From a virus, in the IMG/VR virus record IMGVR_UViG_3300033148_006239, positions 41,325 to 105,324 of that record: a DNA stretch of 64,000 nt; one strand, given 5' to 3'. This document shows, in pieces, positions 40,621-50,223 of this stretch. Numbering within the stretch: the stretch's first letter is position 1; the number at the start of each line of letters is the position of its first letter. The position numbers were made by a program, and so were the translations under genes. The notes beneath the pieces are model-generated. The model was not told the DNA's origin. It worked only from the letters and a program-made list of their open reading frames with translations, and did no database searches.

Positions 40621-41237
40621 TATACTAACTCAACATCAAGTGATCTATTTGACATCCTTGAATATTGTCTAATAATATTATCAAGCTCAACGTCACCTAA
40701 AATGTCATCTCTAGAGCTAACAAGGTCGTACATTATTTGATGATCATCTGCTCTTTCCATTGTAACACCACGACCTATATGCAATCCTGAATCATCAGGA
40801 TCTAAATAATGGTGTGCTAATCTAGCAGTAAGATATTTTATAGGAGCAGGAGTCTCATCTTCAGAATCAAGATAACCAGTTGTTCCTTCAAATAATATCT
40901 CATCAGATAATTTTGATATATCGCTTTTAAATTTAACAGCAAAACAATCAACAGAAGATACAGGAAATCTATTATCAATAATTATATAATCACTATTTAG
41001 TATTGTAGTTAAATCACTAACTACAATACTATTGACTGTGATTATGGGATTATTAAAATTATATTGTAATAATCCACCTCTTTTAAATATTGAAAATAGT
41101 CTTGATTCAAAAACTCTTCCTGTTAATACTTCAACACTGTTTTGAGCTAAGGCGATTTTGCTTTGAATTAATTCATCGTCAAAATCGCCTTGCTCAACCA
41201 AACCAGCGTCAATAATATCTTGTACTTCTATATACAT
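40620..41237 (-). CDS. head-tail adaptor (gp6/gp15-like)
   Basis: I..A...VE..TGR.F, GY.....P..IK; position. Confidence 0.7.
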   Translation of the reverse strand: MYIEVQDIIDAGLVEQGDFDDELIQSKIALAQNSVEVLTGRVFESRLFSIFKRGGLLQYNFNNPIITVNSIVVSDLTTILNSDYIIIDNRFPVSSVDCFAVKFKSDISKLSDEILFEGTTGYLDSEDETPAPIKYLTARLAHHYLDPDDSGLHIGRGVTMERADDHQIMYDLVSSRDDILGDVELDNIIRQYSRMSNRSLDVELV

Positions 41238-41614
41238 TAATTATCTTCTTTTTTCTTCTTTTTCTTCTTGTCAGAAGATTTATTCTCACTAGTAGATTTA
41301 CTTCCACTAGAAGATTCTATTAATTGTTTAACACGTTTTTTATCATTAATATGTTCTATAAAAAAATCTTTTGCAGATTTTTCATAAAACTTTTCTAATT
41401 CTTGTAAACTAACTTTTTGAGGTTTATTAAACAATGGCACATTTTTAGTTTTATAAAATTCACCAAAGTCTAATATGTATTTAACTCCTCGATTAAATCT
41501 GCCTGCAGGAGCATTTGGATTTGTCAAAGAATTAACTCTCAAAGTAACTATTACAAATTTTTCAAATTTAGGCAGTTTATTACCTAATATAACTGGCATA
41601 CATTTACCTAACAT
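41237..41614 (-). CDS. hypothetical protein after the capsid gene
   Basis: 125 aa with SD; basic tail. Confidence 0.55.
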   Translation of the reverse strand: MLGKCMPVILGNKLPKFEKFVIVTLRVNSLTNPNAPAGRFNRGVKYILDFGEFYKTKNVPLFNKPQKVSLQELEKFYEKSAKDFFIEHINDKKRVKQLIESSSGSKSTSENKSSDKKKKKKKEDN

Positions 41615-41626
41615 GTTAACTCCTAA

Positions 41627-42952
41627 TTAACTTAAGTTATTGATCACAACTGCAAAGTCTTTTCTTTCAACTTCACAATCAAATCTTGCACGAATATTAT
41701 AGAATCTTCGGTTTGTTAATATAGCAGTTTTACCAACGTTGGTATTTCTGATTTGAATCTGCATCCAAAAACCAGCCATTAGATTCTGTGGTGCAGTCAA
41801 CAAGATTTTATCTTCTGGAAATTTTGTTGACGTAAGAACTGAAATATTTTCAGGTTCCCACCAGAGTCCTTGTAGTACATTATCAGCAAGAGGACCACCT
41901 GAAACTCTCGTTGCAATTCTTTGTTGCATATCGATAAATTTCTTTTCGTTCATGATCCATCTCAGTTGCGCTCGTGGAAATTGATCAAGATACTTATTAG
42001 GCATTTCTTTCAATGCGGCAAAGAAATGATCTTCGGAAATTGATCCACCATTAATAGTCGCACCATCAACAAAATTAGCACCAGGTTCAGAACCAGGATT
42101 TTCAATTTTGTAAAGCCAACCATCAATTCCACCAAACAAATGATGTTTGTACCAAGCAACAACTTCACCACCTGAATATGTACTTCCAGTTCCAACTGGA
42201 CTACCTGTTACACCTACAACGCCCGTATCTCTATTAATTGCATTTCGTGTAACACCAGTAAAAGCATTTACAGTTAACGTTGTATATGTCATATATTCAA
42301 CAACACCAGCACCCGTAGTGGCAGTCAAATAGCCTGGAAATGCAGCAGCTCCTGGATCTGAAAGTGCAGGAAAACCAGATGCATCAGCAACATCAACAGT
42401 TGTAACAGTTGTATTATGTGCTCCATCAAGAGTCGTTGCTAGTGGAGATCCAGGATTTCTATCAACAACGTTACCATTAAGCATAACTGCTTCTGAATCT
42501 ATACCATAAAGCTTTGCAAAATATTTAGCGATTGTCGAAGCAAAACCTTGACCTTCAATATTGTCTTGAAGCATATTTTCAGACAACGCATAAGCCAAAC
42601 TAAATTCTTTTGCATTCATTCCAATTTCATAAGAAGTGTGCCCTCTTAAAAAATTACCTTGATCTTCTTCATCTCTTTGACCTTGTGATAGTGTATTATT
42701 GATTCCAACAGCACGTGTTAATTCTTCAGCAACTATCAGACCTGGAAAAGTTTCAGATGGCGACTTCATTCTTTCAATACGAACGGCGCTCAATAAAGGC
42801 GTCGATTCTTGAATAAATGAAATAAATCTATCGGCTTGTCTTGTTGACAACAGACCTCCGCCAGAAAGATTATCAACATTGATTCCAGGATTTTTTGTAA
42901 CTAAATCAAATGCTTCTTTAAGCGAACTTACTTTATTCAATAACTTAGACAT
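41627..42952 (-). CDS. major capsid protein (HK97 fold, XkdG-like) with an inserted domain
   Basis: GGLL...QADRFI......TPLL, L.DNIEG..F, D.E....NG, DGWL, MP.KY, LT.PQNL; AGGAGG SD. Confidence 0.9.
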   Translation of the reverse strand: MSKLLNKVSSLKEAFDLVTKNPGINVDNLSGGGLLSTRQADRFISFIQESTPLLSAVRIERMKSPSETFPGLIVAEELTRAVGINNTLSQGQRDEEDQGNFLRGHTSYEIGMNAKEFSLAYALSENMLQDNIEGQGFASTIAKYFAKLYGIDSEAVMLNGNVVDRNPGSPLATTLDGAHNTTVTTVDVADASGFPALSDPGAAAFPGYLTATTGAGVVEYMTYTTLTVNAFTGVTRNAINRDTGVVGVTGSPVGTGSTYSGGEVVAWYKHHLFGGIDGWLYKIENPGSEPGANFVDGATINGGSISEDHFFAALKEMPNKYLDQFPRAQLRWIMNEKKFIDMQQRIATRVSGGPLADNVLQGLWWEPENISVLTSTKFPEDKILLTAPQNLMAGFWMQIQIRNTNVGKTAILTNRRFYNIRARFDCEVERKDFAVVINNLS

Positions 42953-42982
42953 TTAATTCCTCCTTAAATTCCTTTTTAGTTA

Positions 42983-43525
42983 TTAATTAAACGTGCCTTC
43001 AAAAAGTTCATCATCTTCTGGATTACTTTTTTGTGCAGGTTTACTATTTTGAGTGTTTGAATTACCATTTGGTGCACTTGCAATTTTTTCAACAACATTG
43101 GCAAGTTCACTAATCTGTTCAGTTACTTTTTCAATTTCAGATTTTTCAGTTGGTTCACCACCTTCTGTAATATCTGATTCTTCTTTGTAACCGACTAAAG
43201 AGTTAAATGCTAGTTTATATTCTGTTAAAGATTCGTCTACTTTAGTGACACTTTCTTTTAATTCGTCAATAGATTTAAGCTTTTCATTGACATCACCTAA
43301 GACAGTTACCTTTTCACTCAAAGCAGTGATTTCTTCTGAATTCGCCTTTAGGCTATCAATTGATTCAGTTAAACCTTCTAAATTTTTAGAAACTTCATCA
43401 AATGAATCAGCTTTTTGTGAAATAACATCGACAGATTCTTTGATTACTGTAAATTTTTGATCAACTTCTTCCTTAACAGTTGCTAAAGAATTATCAATCA
43501 TTTCTTGGATTTCTTTCTTATCCAT
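42983..43525 (-). CDS. nested scaffolding protein (in-frame internal start)
   Basis: AAGGAG-8 nt-ATG (MDKKEIQEM) inside the protease ORF, at the start of the acidic coiled coil. Confidence 0.65.
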   Translation of the reverse strand: MDKKEIQEMIDNSLATVKEEVDQKFTVIKESVDVISQKADSFDEVSKNLEGLTESIDSLKANSEEITALSEKVTVLGDVNEKLKSIDELKESVTKVDESLTEYKLAFNSLVGYKEESDITEGGEPTEKSEIEKVTEQISELANVVEKIASAPNGNSNTQNSKPAQKSNPEDDELFEGTFN

Positions 43526-44359
43526 TGTACAAACTCCTTTTTGATTAAAAATATTGTTAAAGTCTAAATTTAATGAATCAAATGATTTACTAACACTTTT
43601 AGATTTCAATTCATCTTTAAAATTGTTTAATTTAAACTGTTCCCAATTACCTGATTTTGTTTTTATAAGTGGAAATCTTGGTTCTAAATTAGCACCTTCA
43701 TCAACAATTGAAACAGCTAATAATCTTACATTGATTAATTCATAAACAGTGAGTATCCATGCCATTTTATCAGTATCAAAATGAACAAGCCATGGAAAAT
43801 ACTTTTCTAAATCTTCTTTGTCGATTTCTATTTCTAGAATCTTACCAATATCGACTCTTCCGGCAAAGCTAAACGCGTTCATTTCTTTTTTTAATATCTT
43901 TTTCCATAAGAAATCGTCTAACACTTTAACACCGATCGCCCAAGCACCGATATAATGTTCTTCTGAAAATAACTCATCATCTTTTTGAATTATCCATGAT
44001 TCAACAATTTCACCTGCACCAGGTATAAAATCATGTTGATTATCTATGAACGATTGATTTTTTTCATATAAACGCATAAATCGTTTAGACATTTGTTCTA
44101 TTTCAGCGACGTTCATAAAATCGCCATGAGCATCAATAGACTCAGGCTTATAAACTACGCCATAAACGATTCTTTTAGTTTGACTATCTTGTTTAAATCT
44201 TAATTCATGTCCACCAAAACCTTTAATATTTAAATCTTTTATTGAAGCTTTACTTTTTTCAGATTCTATCGGTTTATGTAAATTTTTAACTAAAATATTT
44301 GCTACGTCTGTAAGTTTTTTTGTTATATCAAAAAGTGATGGAATAATAGGTACACTCAT
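42983..44359 (-). CDS. prohead protease (XkdF-like) fused to a scaffold
   Basis: RIVYGVVY.P...DAHGD, ID.QH, VESWI, G.W.....V, W..I...E...FS..G; coiled-coil C-terminus. Confidence 0.88.
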   Translation of the reverse strand: MSVPIIPSLFDITKKLTDVANILVKNLHKPIESEKSKASIKDLNIKGFGGHELRFKQDSQTKRIVYGVVYKPESIDAHGDFMNVAEIEQMSKRFMRLYEKNQSFIDNQHDFIPGAGEIVESWIIQKDDELFSEEHYIGAWAIGVKVLDDFLWKKILKKEMNAFSFAGRVDIGKILEIEIDKEDLEKYFPWLVHFDTDKMAWILTVYELINVRLLAVSIVDEGANLEPRFPLIKTKSGNWEQFKLNNFKDELKSKSVSKSFDSLNLDFNNIFNQKGVCTMDKKEIQEMIDNSLATVKEEVDQKFTVIKESVDVISQKADSFDEVSKNLEGLTESIDSLKANSEEITALSEKVTVLGDVNEKLKSIDELKESVTKVDESLTEYKLAFNSLVGYKEESDITEGGEPTEKSEIEKVTEQISELANVVEKIASAPNGNSNTQNSKPAQKSNPEDDELFEGTFN

Positions 44360-44368
44360 ATAAAATCC

Positions 44369-44704
44369 TTAACTATTCATTAATGCTTCAGCATCTGCTA
44401 ATAAAGTAGCTATTTCATCTTCTAGATCTAATATTTGATCTTGTAAAGTACTTATTAAAGTTGAATTATAATCTGAGTTTAATCCATCAAATTCAGGTTC
44501 TTTTAAAACAATAAATGATACAATATCAGGATTTTCAGGATTTTCAGAATCAATAACTGTTCTTGTCAATTTTATTGAATCTAAATTTCCAGTACCTACT
44601 TGTAGAGCAGTAATCCATGTTTGTAAAGACTCAACATCGGATTGTTTTGATTTAGCTTCTTTAACTTTCTCATTGGCTAGTGCTAATTGTTCAGAAGTTG
44701 CCAT
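44369..44704 (-). CDS. hypothetical protein
   Basis: GAGGTG SD; helical. Confidence 0.6.
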   Translation of the reverse strand: MATSEQLALANEKVKEAKSKQSDVESLQTWITALQVGTGNLDSIKLTRTVIDSENPENPDIVSFIVLKEPEFDGLNSDYNSTLISTLQDQILDLEDEIATLLADAEALMNS

Positions 44705-44714
44705 ATTTCACCTC

Positions 44715-45446
44715 TTATACGTATGCTAAAACATCTGTTAAAGCAGCATAAATCAATTCATAAGTATTCATACATTTCTCAGAATCTATGATCGACATAA
44801 AATTTTCTGCTTCATTTGTTCTAGTAGCATTAGTTAGATCAAATGTAATTGCATATTTTGTAGGTGAACCAGACGGAACTAAAGCATGTGTAATCCAGGT
44901 AACATAATCACCTTGTAATATATCTGTTCCAGTAATTAATTCAATACAACTACCAACAATATTTTTATGATCTGTTTCAGTAAGTGCACCAATCAAATCG
45001 AAATTCATAGTAAATTGTCCATCATTATCTTCAAATTTAGCACCTGAAGTTGCAAGAACTAATTTATCTGCAATTATATCACGATTATCATGTAATGTTT
45101 CTAATAGTCGTGTATCATCAACATCACCATGAGCAATTAACTGAAACAATCTTAGTAAGGAAAGTATTTTTTCTTGTGAATTTAACTTAAAATATTGTGC
45201 TGTAAATTGTGATCCTGATTGATCATATACAAGAATAGGATACTCTGTCGTACCTATATTAAAAAATCCAGCAGCTAATGATAATTCATCTGTCAATATA
45301 GATTTATATCTATCTTTAACGGTAGTTTCACCTAACAAATAAATTTCATGTTTAAATTTTATCGAATCTAAAGTCTTTTCGACGCAATCACCAATGACAG
45401 GGGTCACTGGATCTGTTTTTAACGGTAAAATTCCACCAAAACCCAT
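44715..45446 (-). CDS. hypothetical protein
   Basis: 243 aa with GAGGT SD. Confidence 0.6.
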   Translation of the reverse strand: MGFGGILPLKTDPVTPVIGDCVEKTLDSIKFKHEIYLLGETTVKDRYKSILTDELSLAAGFFNIGTTEYPILVYDQSGSQFTAQYFKLNSQEKILSLLRLFQLIAHGDVDDTRLLETLHDNRDIIADKLVLATSGAKFEDNDGQFTMNFDLIGALTETDHKNIVGSCIELITGTDILQGDYVTWITHALVPSGSPTKYAITFDLTNATRTNEAENFMSIIDSEKCMNTYELIYAALTDVLAYV

Positions 45447-45506
45447 TTTTCTACCTCTCTAACGTTTCATTATAAAATATAATATTGAATCATAAAAAAT
45501 GAAAAA

Positions 45507-46004
45507 TTATTTAACTTTTTCTAAATATTTTACATAATCTTCTGTAGATACAGCAGCGGGATTTTCAATGTTCCCAAATTTAAAACCTTGTTTCATCACT
45601 GCTTCTGCAATTAATTCTGTACAGATTACACCATCATCAACATCTTTAAATTTTTTCCAAAAAAACTTTTCTAATTTTGGAAAAATTCTAATTATAATAG
45701 ATAAAAGTATATTATAAGCAAATTGTAAATACCCATATCTAGTACCTAATTTAGACATACAATCTTTGACTAGTTGTTCTTTGTCTATTTTAAATCTTTC
45801 AGGAAATTTATAAACGAAATATCCTTTTTTTGGATATTTATGTATAGTTTGCATTATAACTTCGGGCATTGTTGATTCAATAATTAAATCATTACCAATA
45901 TATAATGCAACATGTGTTATATCTGATAAAATTATTTTCTCGATCACATCATAAAGTAAACTATCTCTAAAGACGCATATTACGTCACCTTTTTTTATTG
46001 TCAT
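45507..46004 (-). CDS. permuted papain-like NlpC/P60 enzyme (YaeF/YiiX family)
   Basis: KKGDVI, THVALYIG...IIES, G..Y and C-terminal CTELIAEA (His before Cys). Start MTIKK at 46004 with GGAGG. Confidence 0.85.
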   Translation of the reverse strand: MTIKKGDVICVFRDSLLYDVIEKIILSDITHVALYIGNDLIIESTMPEVIMQTIHKYPKKGYFVYKFPERFKIDKEQLVKDCMSKLGTRYGYLQFAYNILLSIIIRIFPKLEKFFWKKFKDVDDGVICTELIAEAVMKQGFKFGNIENPAAVSTEDYVKYLEKVK

Positions 46005-46005
46005 G

Positions 46006-46500
46006 TTATCCTCCAACAAGTCCAAAAGTATATAATTCAAATTCAAAACGTGTAGTTACACCAACTTGATGTGTCAATGATAATAATATTTCTGTCGTTG
46101 ATGGACTAGGTGATGTATATTTCATATCAAAAGGCATATCTTTGGGAACACTAAATAGACTAACTATATCATTATTATTGCTCAATTTCTTATTAGAAAC
46201 AACTTTAATCGATCCACCAACTTCTTCAGGAATATTAGGTAATAACATTGCAGCACAATTTATTTCAGATGCTGAATCTTCAATACATTTTATCATCGCA
46301 TGATGTATTTGAAAATTCTTTAAAGGATCAAAAGAGATTTCTGTTCTTATACAATCTGTATAATCTTCATCACTTATTTCACCTACTGCATCATAATATT
46401 TTATTAAAAAATAATCATCTAATTGTTCGTCTTGTGCTGTACCTTTACTTGTTTTGAAATAAGAATGAAATATTCTTGGATAACCTTTTCTTAAACTCAT
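46006..46500 (-). CDS. hypothetical protein (probable virion accessory)
   Basis: Coupled ORF, beta-rich. Confidence 0.55.
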   Translation of the reverse strand: MSLRKGYPRIFHSYFKTSKGTAQDEQLDDYFLIKYYDAVGEISDEDYTDCIRTEISFDPLKNFQIHHAMIKCIEDSASEINCAAMLLPNIPEEVGGSIKVVSNKKLSNNNDIVSLFSVPKDMPFDMKYTSPSPSTTEILLSLTHQVGVTTRFEFELYTFGLVGG

Positions 46501-46907
46501 TGTGATTCGTATCCTTTTAATTTGACATAAATTTTTCCATCGCCAGGACCATTTCTAATAACGCGTAATAATATTTTATTAGTATTATCTCCTTTTACAG
46601 AAGATTTCCAATTTAATTGTTGATCAATAGTATTACCATTAACCATTAATACATCAATTAATGTAATTTCTGTATTATCTCCATTAGGAGCGTAATATAT
46701 TTCAATCGTAGTTCCACCTGTTAAATTAGGAGCACCACTAACAAGCAATTGAAGAGTTAAATATTTATTTAATGCTATAGGATAAAAATCGTTTTCTGAA
46801 TTATTACCATCAACTTCATCATAATAAATATATTCCCAATTAGTTGTATTATCAGGTGTTACAATTTCATTAAAAATATGCTTTCTACGTATATAAGACT
46901 TACTCAT
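46497..46907 (-). CDS. hypothetical beta-sandwich-like protein
   Basis: Coupled ORF. Confidence 0.55.
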   Translation of the reverse strand: MSKSYIRRKHIFNEIVTPDNTTNWEYIYYDEVDGNNSENDFYPIALNKYLTLQLLVSGAPNLTGGTTIEIYYAPNGDNTEITLIDVLMVNGNTIDQQLNWKSSVKGDNTNKILLRVIRNGPGDGKIYVKLKGYESQ

Positions 46908-46916
46908 ATTAATTCC

Positions 46917-47123
46917 TTAAGGTTGAGCTACTTCTACCCAAGAAGATCCATTCCAACGATGCATCATAGTTTCTAAATCATTTCCTCTAATTTTACCCGG
47001 AAAAGGTACATCAGTTCTTTGTGTCTCGTTTTCTGAATCGAAACTTCCATCATTTTCAAAATCACAATATCCGCATCTTAATAAATCTCCTGTAGCATTT
47101 TCATATACACCGTTATGTGTCAT
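46917..47123 (-). CDS. small fibre-associated protein
   Basis: Ends in RWNGSSWVE, a motif common in fibre assembly proteins. Confidence 0.5.
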   Translation of the reverse strand: MTHNGVYENATGDLLRCGYCDFENDGSFDSENETQRTDVPFPGKIRGNDLETMMHRWNGSSWVEVAQP

Positions 47124-47863
47124 AAAGAACTCCTATTTAAACTATACGCAGCTACATATATGCCTAAAGAAGGTGAAGCTCCAAACTTACTTATTAAGTA
47201 ATATATATATCTTGATGAACCATTATTATCTATTCCTGCCATTAAAGACATAGTAGTCTGAGCATAAGTTGGAACCGCTACAGCTCTTTGACCCCATAAT
47301 TCATGAGCGCTATCACCGCTTGCATTAATTCTAAACCAATCTCTTTGATTATCTGGAGCAAATGCTATAGTTAATATAGCGCTATAAGAATCTACTGGAA
47401 CGTGATTAACTACACCTACTGATGTAATTGTTGTTGCTGTTCCGCCACTCAAAACATTTTGAGCCGATAAAGTAGTTTGATAATATATCCAAAACCCATC
47501 ATCAACAAATTCTTTAAAATCTGAAACAAGAGATTTTAAACAACATATTTTTCTTCTATGAGTATACCCAGCTGGATAAGACGGTACAGAATCATCTATT
47601 GATGCTATAACCGAAGTTGTTTTATTTGGACCACCTATTAAATAAAAAAAATACCAAGTATTCCCTGCGAAACTTCCTGTGTCTAATCCTGTATCTCCAC
47701 TTGAAGCTAAATCTACATTAGTATCGCTCGAAAGTATTAAGTTTACTTCATCTGCAATGTCTCGAGCTGCACACGATTTAACTTTGATAACTTTTGTAGA
47801 TACGTATTCTAAACGTGCTCCTGCTGAATAACCCTTTGGATATGGAAACCATTTACTAGACAT
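47120..47863 (-). CDS. fibre-like structural protein
   Basis: GLDTGS...NTWY..Y.I.......AS....P..PAGYT..R motif seen in phage fibre domains. Confidence 0.6.
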   Translation of the reverse strand: MSSKWFPYPKGYSAGARLEYVSTKVIKVKSCAARDIADEVNLILSSDTNVDLASSGDTGLDTGSFAGNTWYFFYLIGGPNKTTSVIASIDDSVPSYPAGYTHRRKICCLKSLVSDFKEFVDDGFWIYYQTTLSAQNVLSGGTATTITSVGVVNHVPVDSYSAILTIAFAPDNQRDWFRINASGDSAHELWGQRAVAVPTYAQTTMSLMAGIDNNGSSRYIYYLISKFGASPSLGIYVAAYSLNRSSL

Positions 47864-47873
47864 TCGATCCTCT

Positions 47874-47903
47874 TATAGTGGGAAGTTTATACTTCCCACT
47901 ATA
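47874..47903. terminator. 13-bp inverted repeat hairpin
   Basis: tatagtgggaagt-ttat-acttcccactata immediately downstream of 47918..49546. Confidence 0.55.
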
Positions 47904-47917
47904 TTAATGATTAGAAA

Positions 47918-49546
47918 TTATGTGTCATAACGAACTTTAAAATCATCTCCAGATTCAGCTATATCATCTATTCCTGTACTAGGAGGGGTAGCTTCAGTTC
48001 CATCTGTAGACGATACATCCCAAGTACCATCGTTTCCTGATACAGAATCAGTTGCTATAAGAATATAATATTTAGCTTCTGTTAATCCAGTAGACCCTGC
48101 TGCAGTTAAATATCCTACTGTATAATCAACTCCATGTTCTTGATCTGGTCCTTTTGGATCTATAGGTGTTAATTCTACCTCGTCTCCTAATAACTCTGGA
48201 GTAGAAGCTAAAGGTCCTATTACTAAGTTTGTCACTTGAGCACCAGAATATGTTATAGTTTCTACTAATTTTGTTCCAGTAGCTATTGACCCTAAACCAT
48301 TATCTATACCTAAAATAATAGCTGCTAAATCTTTTACATCAGCACCTAATCCACCTGTATCGGGTGTAATATTTGTTAAAGATTCATCAATACTAAGCAA
48401 GTCGGCATTAATACTTAAACCATTAGCATGGACTACAACTGCTGCACCATCTGCTACGTTAGTAGTAACATCTTTTTCAATATCAATATCTGAACCGTTA
48501 CCACCTGTTAAACCATCACCTGCTACATCTGAACCGAGCTTAGCTGCCGTAACTGATGTGGCAGCTAATTCAGTAGCAGAAATTGCAGCAGCCGCAATAG
48601 AAAGTGTTGTTTGAACACCACCACCATCACCGTTATGATCAAAATGTGACGTATTTATTGATTGAAGTAAACTACCTGATGTAGTTACATCCATATTACT
48701 TACTTTACCAGAAGTCGTATCTGAAGAATCTGGATCTACATCAATATCATCTGCGTCTACATTAATACCATTACCAGCACCAATATTAAGTGTAACAGCA
48801 CCACCAGTTCCACCACCTGTCAAACCACTTCCTGCTGTAACACTCGTAATATCACCTGCAACAATATCAATAAATGTTCCAGGAACATTTACAAACGAAC
48901 TACTTGGTAAATTTGCAAATTGAAATATTTCAGCAAATTTTAAATCAATCGATGTCGCAGAAAAACCAGAATACGCAGTTTGCACTGCACTTACATCAGA
49001 CCAAAACTGAATATAAAATTTTGAATCATCAGTATCATAATATAAAACACCATAAACTTCATTTCCTGCACCATCATCAACTGGATCACTTGTACTAGCA
49101 TCTCTAATAACAACTGTTCCGGGTTTACCCATTTGAGTAACCTGAGCAGGACTTGCAGGTAATGAACCACCACCAACACCATAAGCACCACTTGCATCAA
49201 CAAATATACCTTCATCTGTTGTAAAGTCTGTTTGTGCAACATCAGTAGTTGCTACTGCAGTAATTGCCGTATTGATATCATCATCTGCTCCTGACGCAGA
49301 AAAACTATCAATTTGAATCCAATCTGCCATAAGTTTATCAACATATAATTGATTAGATCCATTCTCTTTAACTGTGTCATTATCAATTTTAACAGCGACT
49401 CCATTACTTGATACATTAATAGCTTCGGCTAAATTAGCACCACCTGTAACATCTGCTTTGACATTCATTGCGGTTTTAACACCTGTTTTTTCTAATCCAT
49501 TACCTGCCAAATTCGAATCAATCCAATTTTTATCCAATTGTCCCAT
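47918..49546 (-). CDS. G/T/D/A-rich head fibre or decoration protein
   Basis: AGNGL/AGSGLTGGG/AGDGL repeats typical of trimeric fibre shafts; GGAGG SD. Confidence 0.65.
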   Translation of the reverse strand: MGQLDKNWIDSNLAGNGLEKTGVKTAMNVKADVTGGANLAEAINVSSNGVAVKIDNDTVKENGSNQLYVDKLMADWIQIDSFSASGADDDINTAITAVATTDVAQTDFTTDEGIFVDASGAYGVGGGSLPASPAQVTQMGKPGTVVIRDASTSDPVDDGAGNEVYGVLYYDTDDSKFYIQFWSDVSAVQTAYSGFSATSIDLKFAEIFQFANLPSSSFVNVPGTFIDIVAGDITSVTAGSGLTGGGTGGAVTLNIGAGNGINVDADDIDVDPDSSDTTSGKVSNMDVTTSGSLLQSINTSHFDHNGDGGGVQTTLSIAAAAISATELAATSVTAAKLGSDVAGDGLTGGNGSDIDIEKDVTTNVADGAAVVVHANGLSINADLLSIDESLTNITPDTGGLGADVKDLAAIILGIDNGLGSIATGTKLVETITYSGAQVTNLVIGPLASTPELLGDEVELTPIDPKGPDQEHGVDYTVGYLTAAGSTGLTEAKYYILIATDSVSGNDGTWDVSSTDGTEATPPSTGIDDIAESGDDFKVRYDT

Positions 49547-49548
49547 CT

Positions 49549-49845
49549 TTATACCTCCTTTTGATATATGACAGTAACCTTGTTATCAATTTCTAAAATT
49601 CCATCAAGCCCTAAACTGGACCATGAAACTACATTATCTAAAACAATAAAATCGTCACCTAGAAACTGTCCAGGAGCACCTTTAATTTGTAAAGTTAGTA
49701 AATTATTGTTTATAACATTATTAGCTAAAACAATTTGTTTATTTGTTATATCGTCACTATCAAGAATGAATGTTTCAATAATCGTGTTATCATTTACAAT
49801 ACCACCTTCACCCGTACCTCTTCTGTGTATAAAACCAACACTCAT
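49549..49845 (-). CDS. hypothetical protein similar to the C-terminal domain of the adjacent fibre
   Basis: ETF.L...DIT...I.L...L...G.P.Q..G.D(F/Y).V pattern shared with the end of 47918..49546. Confidence 0.55.
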   Translation of the reverse strand: MSVGFIHRRGTGEGGIVNDNTIIETFILDSDDITNKQIVLANNVINNNLLTLQIKGAPGQFLGDDFIVLDNVVSWSSLGLDGILEIDNKVTVIYQKEV

Positions 49846-49853
49846 AATATTAC

Positions 49854-50216
49854 CTATTGTGAAAAGAGCGTGATATATATATCACCTGCACCACCTAAAT
49901 ATACTCTTAAAGTATCATAATTACCAACTTCAAAAAAAGCACCATCGTTGGGTAATAATATTTGTACTTGATCAACAGCAGAAGGAGATGCAACAATTTT
50001 ATCACTCACAGAGAAATAACAATTAAATGTTGATACATTATTTATAAAAATACCATTAAAAAACTGATTAACGTCTAATATAGTAAGATCTTCAGGATGT
50101 ATTGTTGTTAATTTATCATCACTTTCAGGTTCTTTTGTTTTAAAAATCTTTTCTCCTGCTCCCACAAAACTAAGTTTTTTAACAACTCTTGTAAAATATG
50201 TCTCAGAAACAGCCAT
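49854..50216 (-). CDS. hypothetical protein
   Basis: 120 aa with GAGG SD. Confidence 0.55.
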   Translation of the reverse strand: MAVSETYFTRVVKKLSFVGAGEKIFKTKEPESDDKLTTIHPEDLTILDVNQFFNGIFINNVSTFNCYFSVSDKIVASPSAVDQVQILLPNDGAFFEVGNYDTLRVYLGGAGDIYITLFSQ

Positions 50217-50223
50217 AATTACC

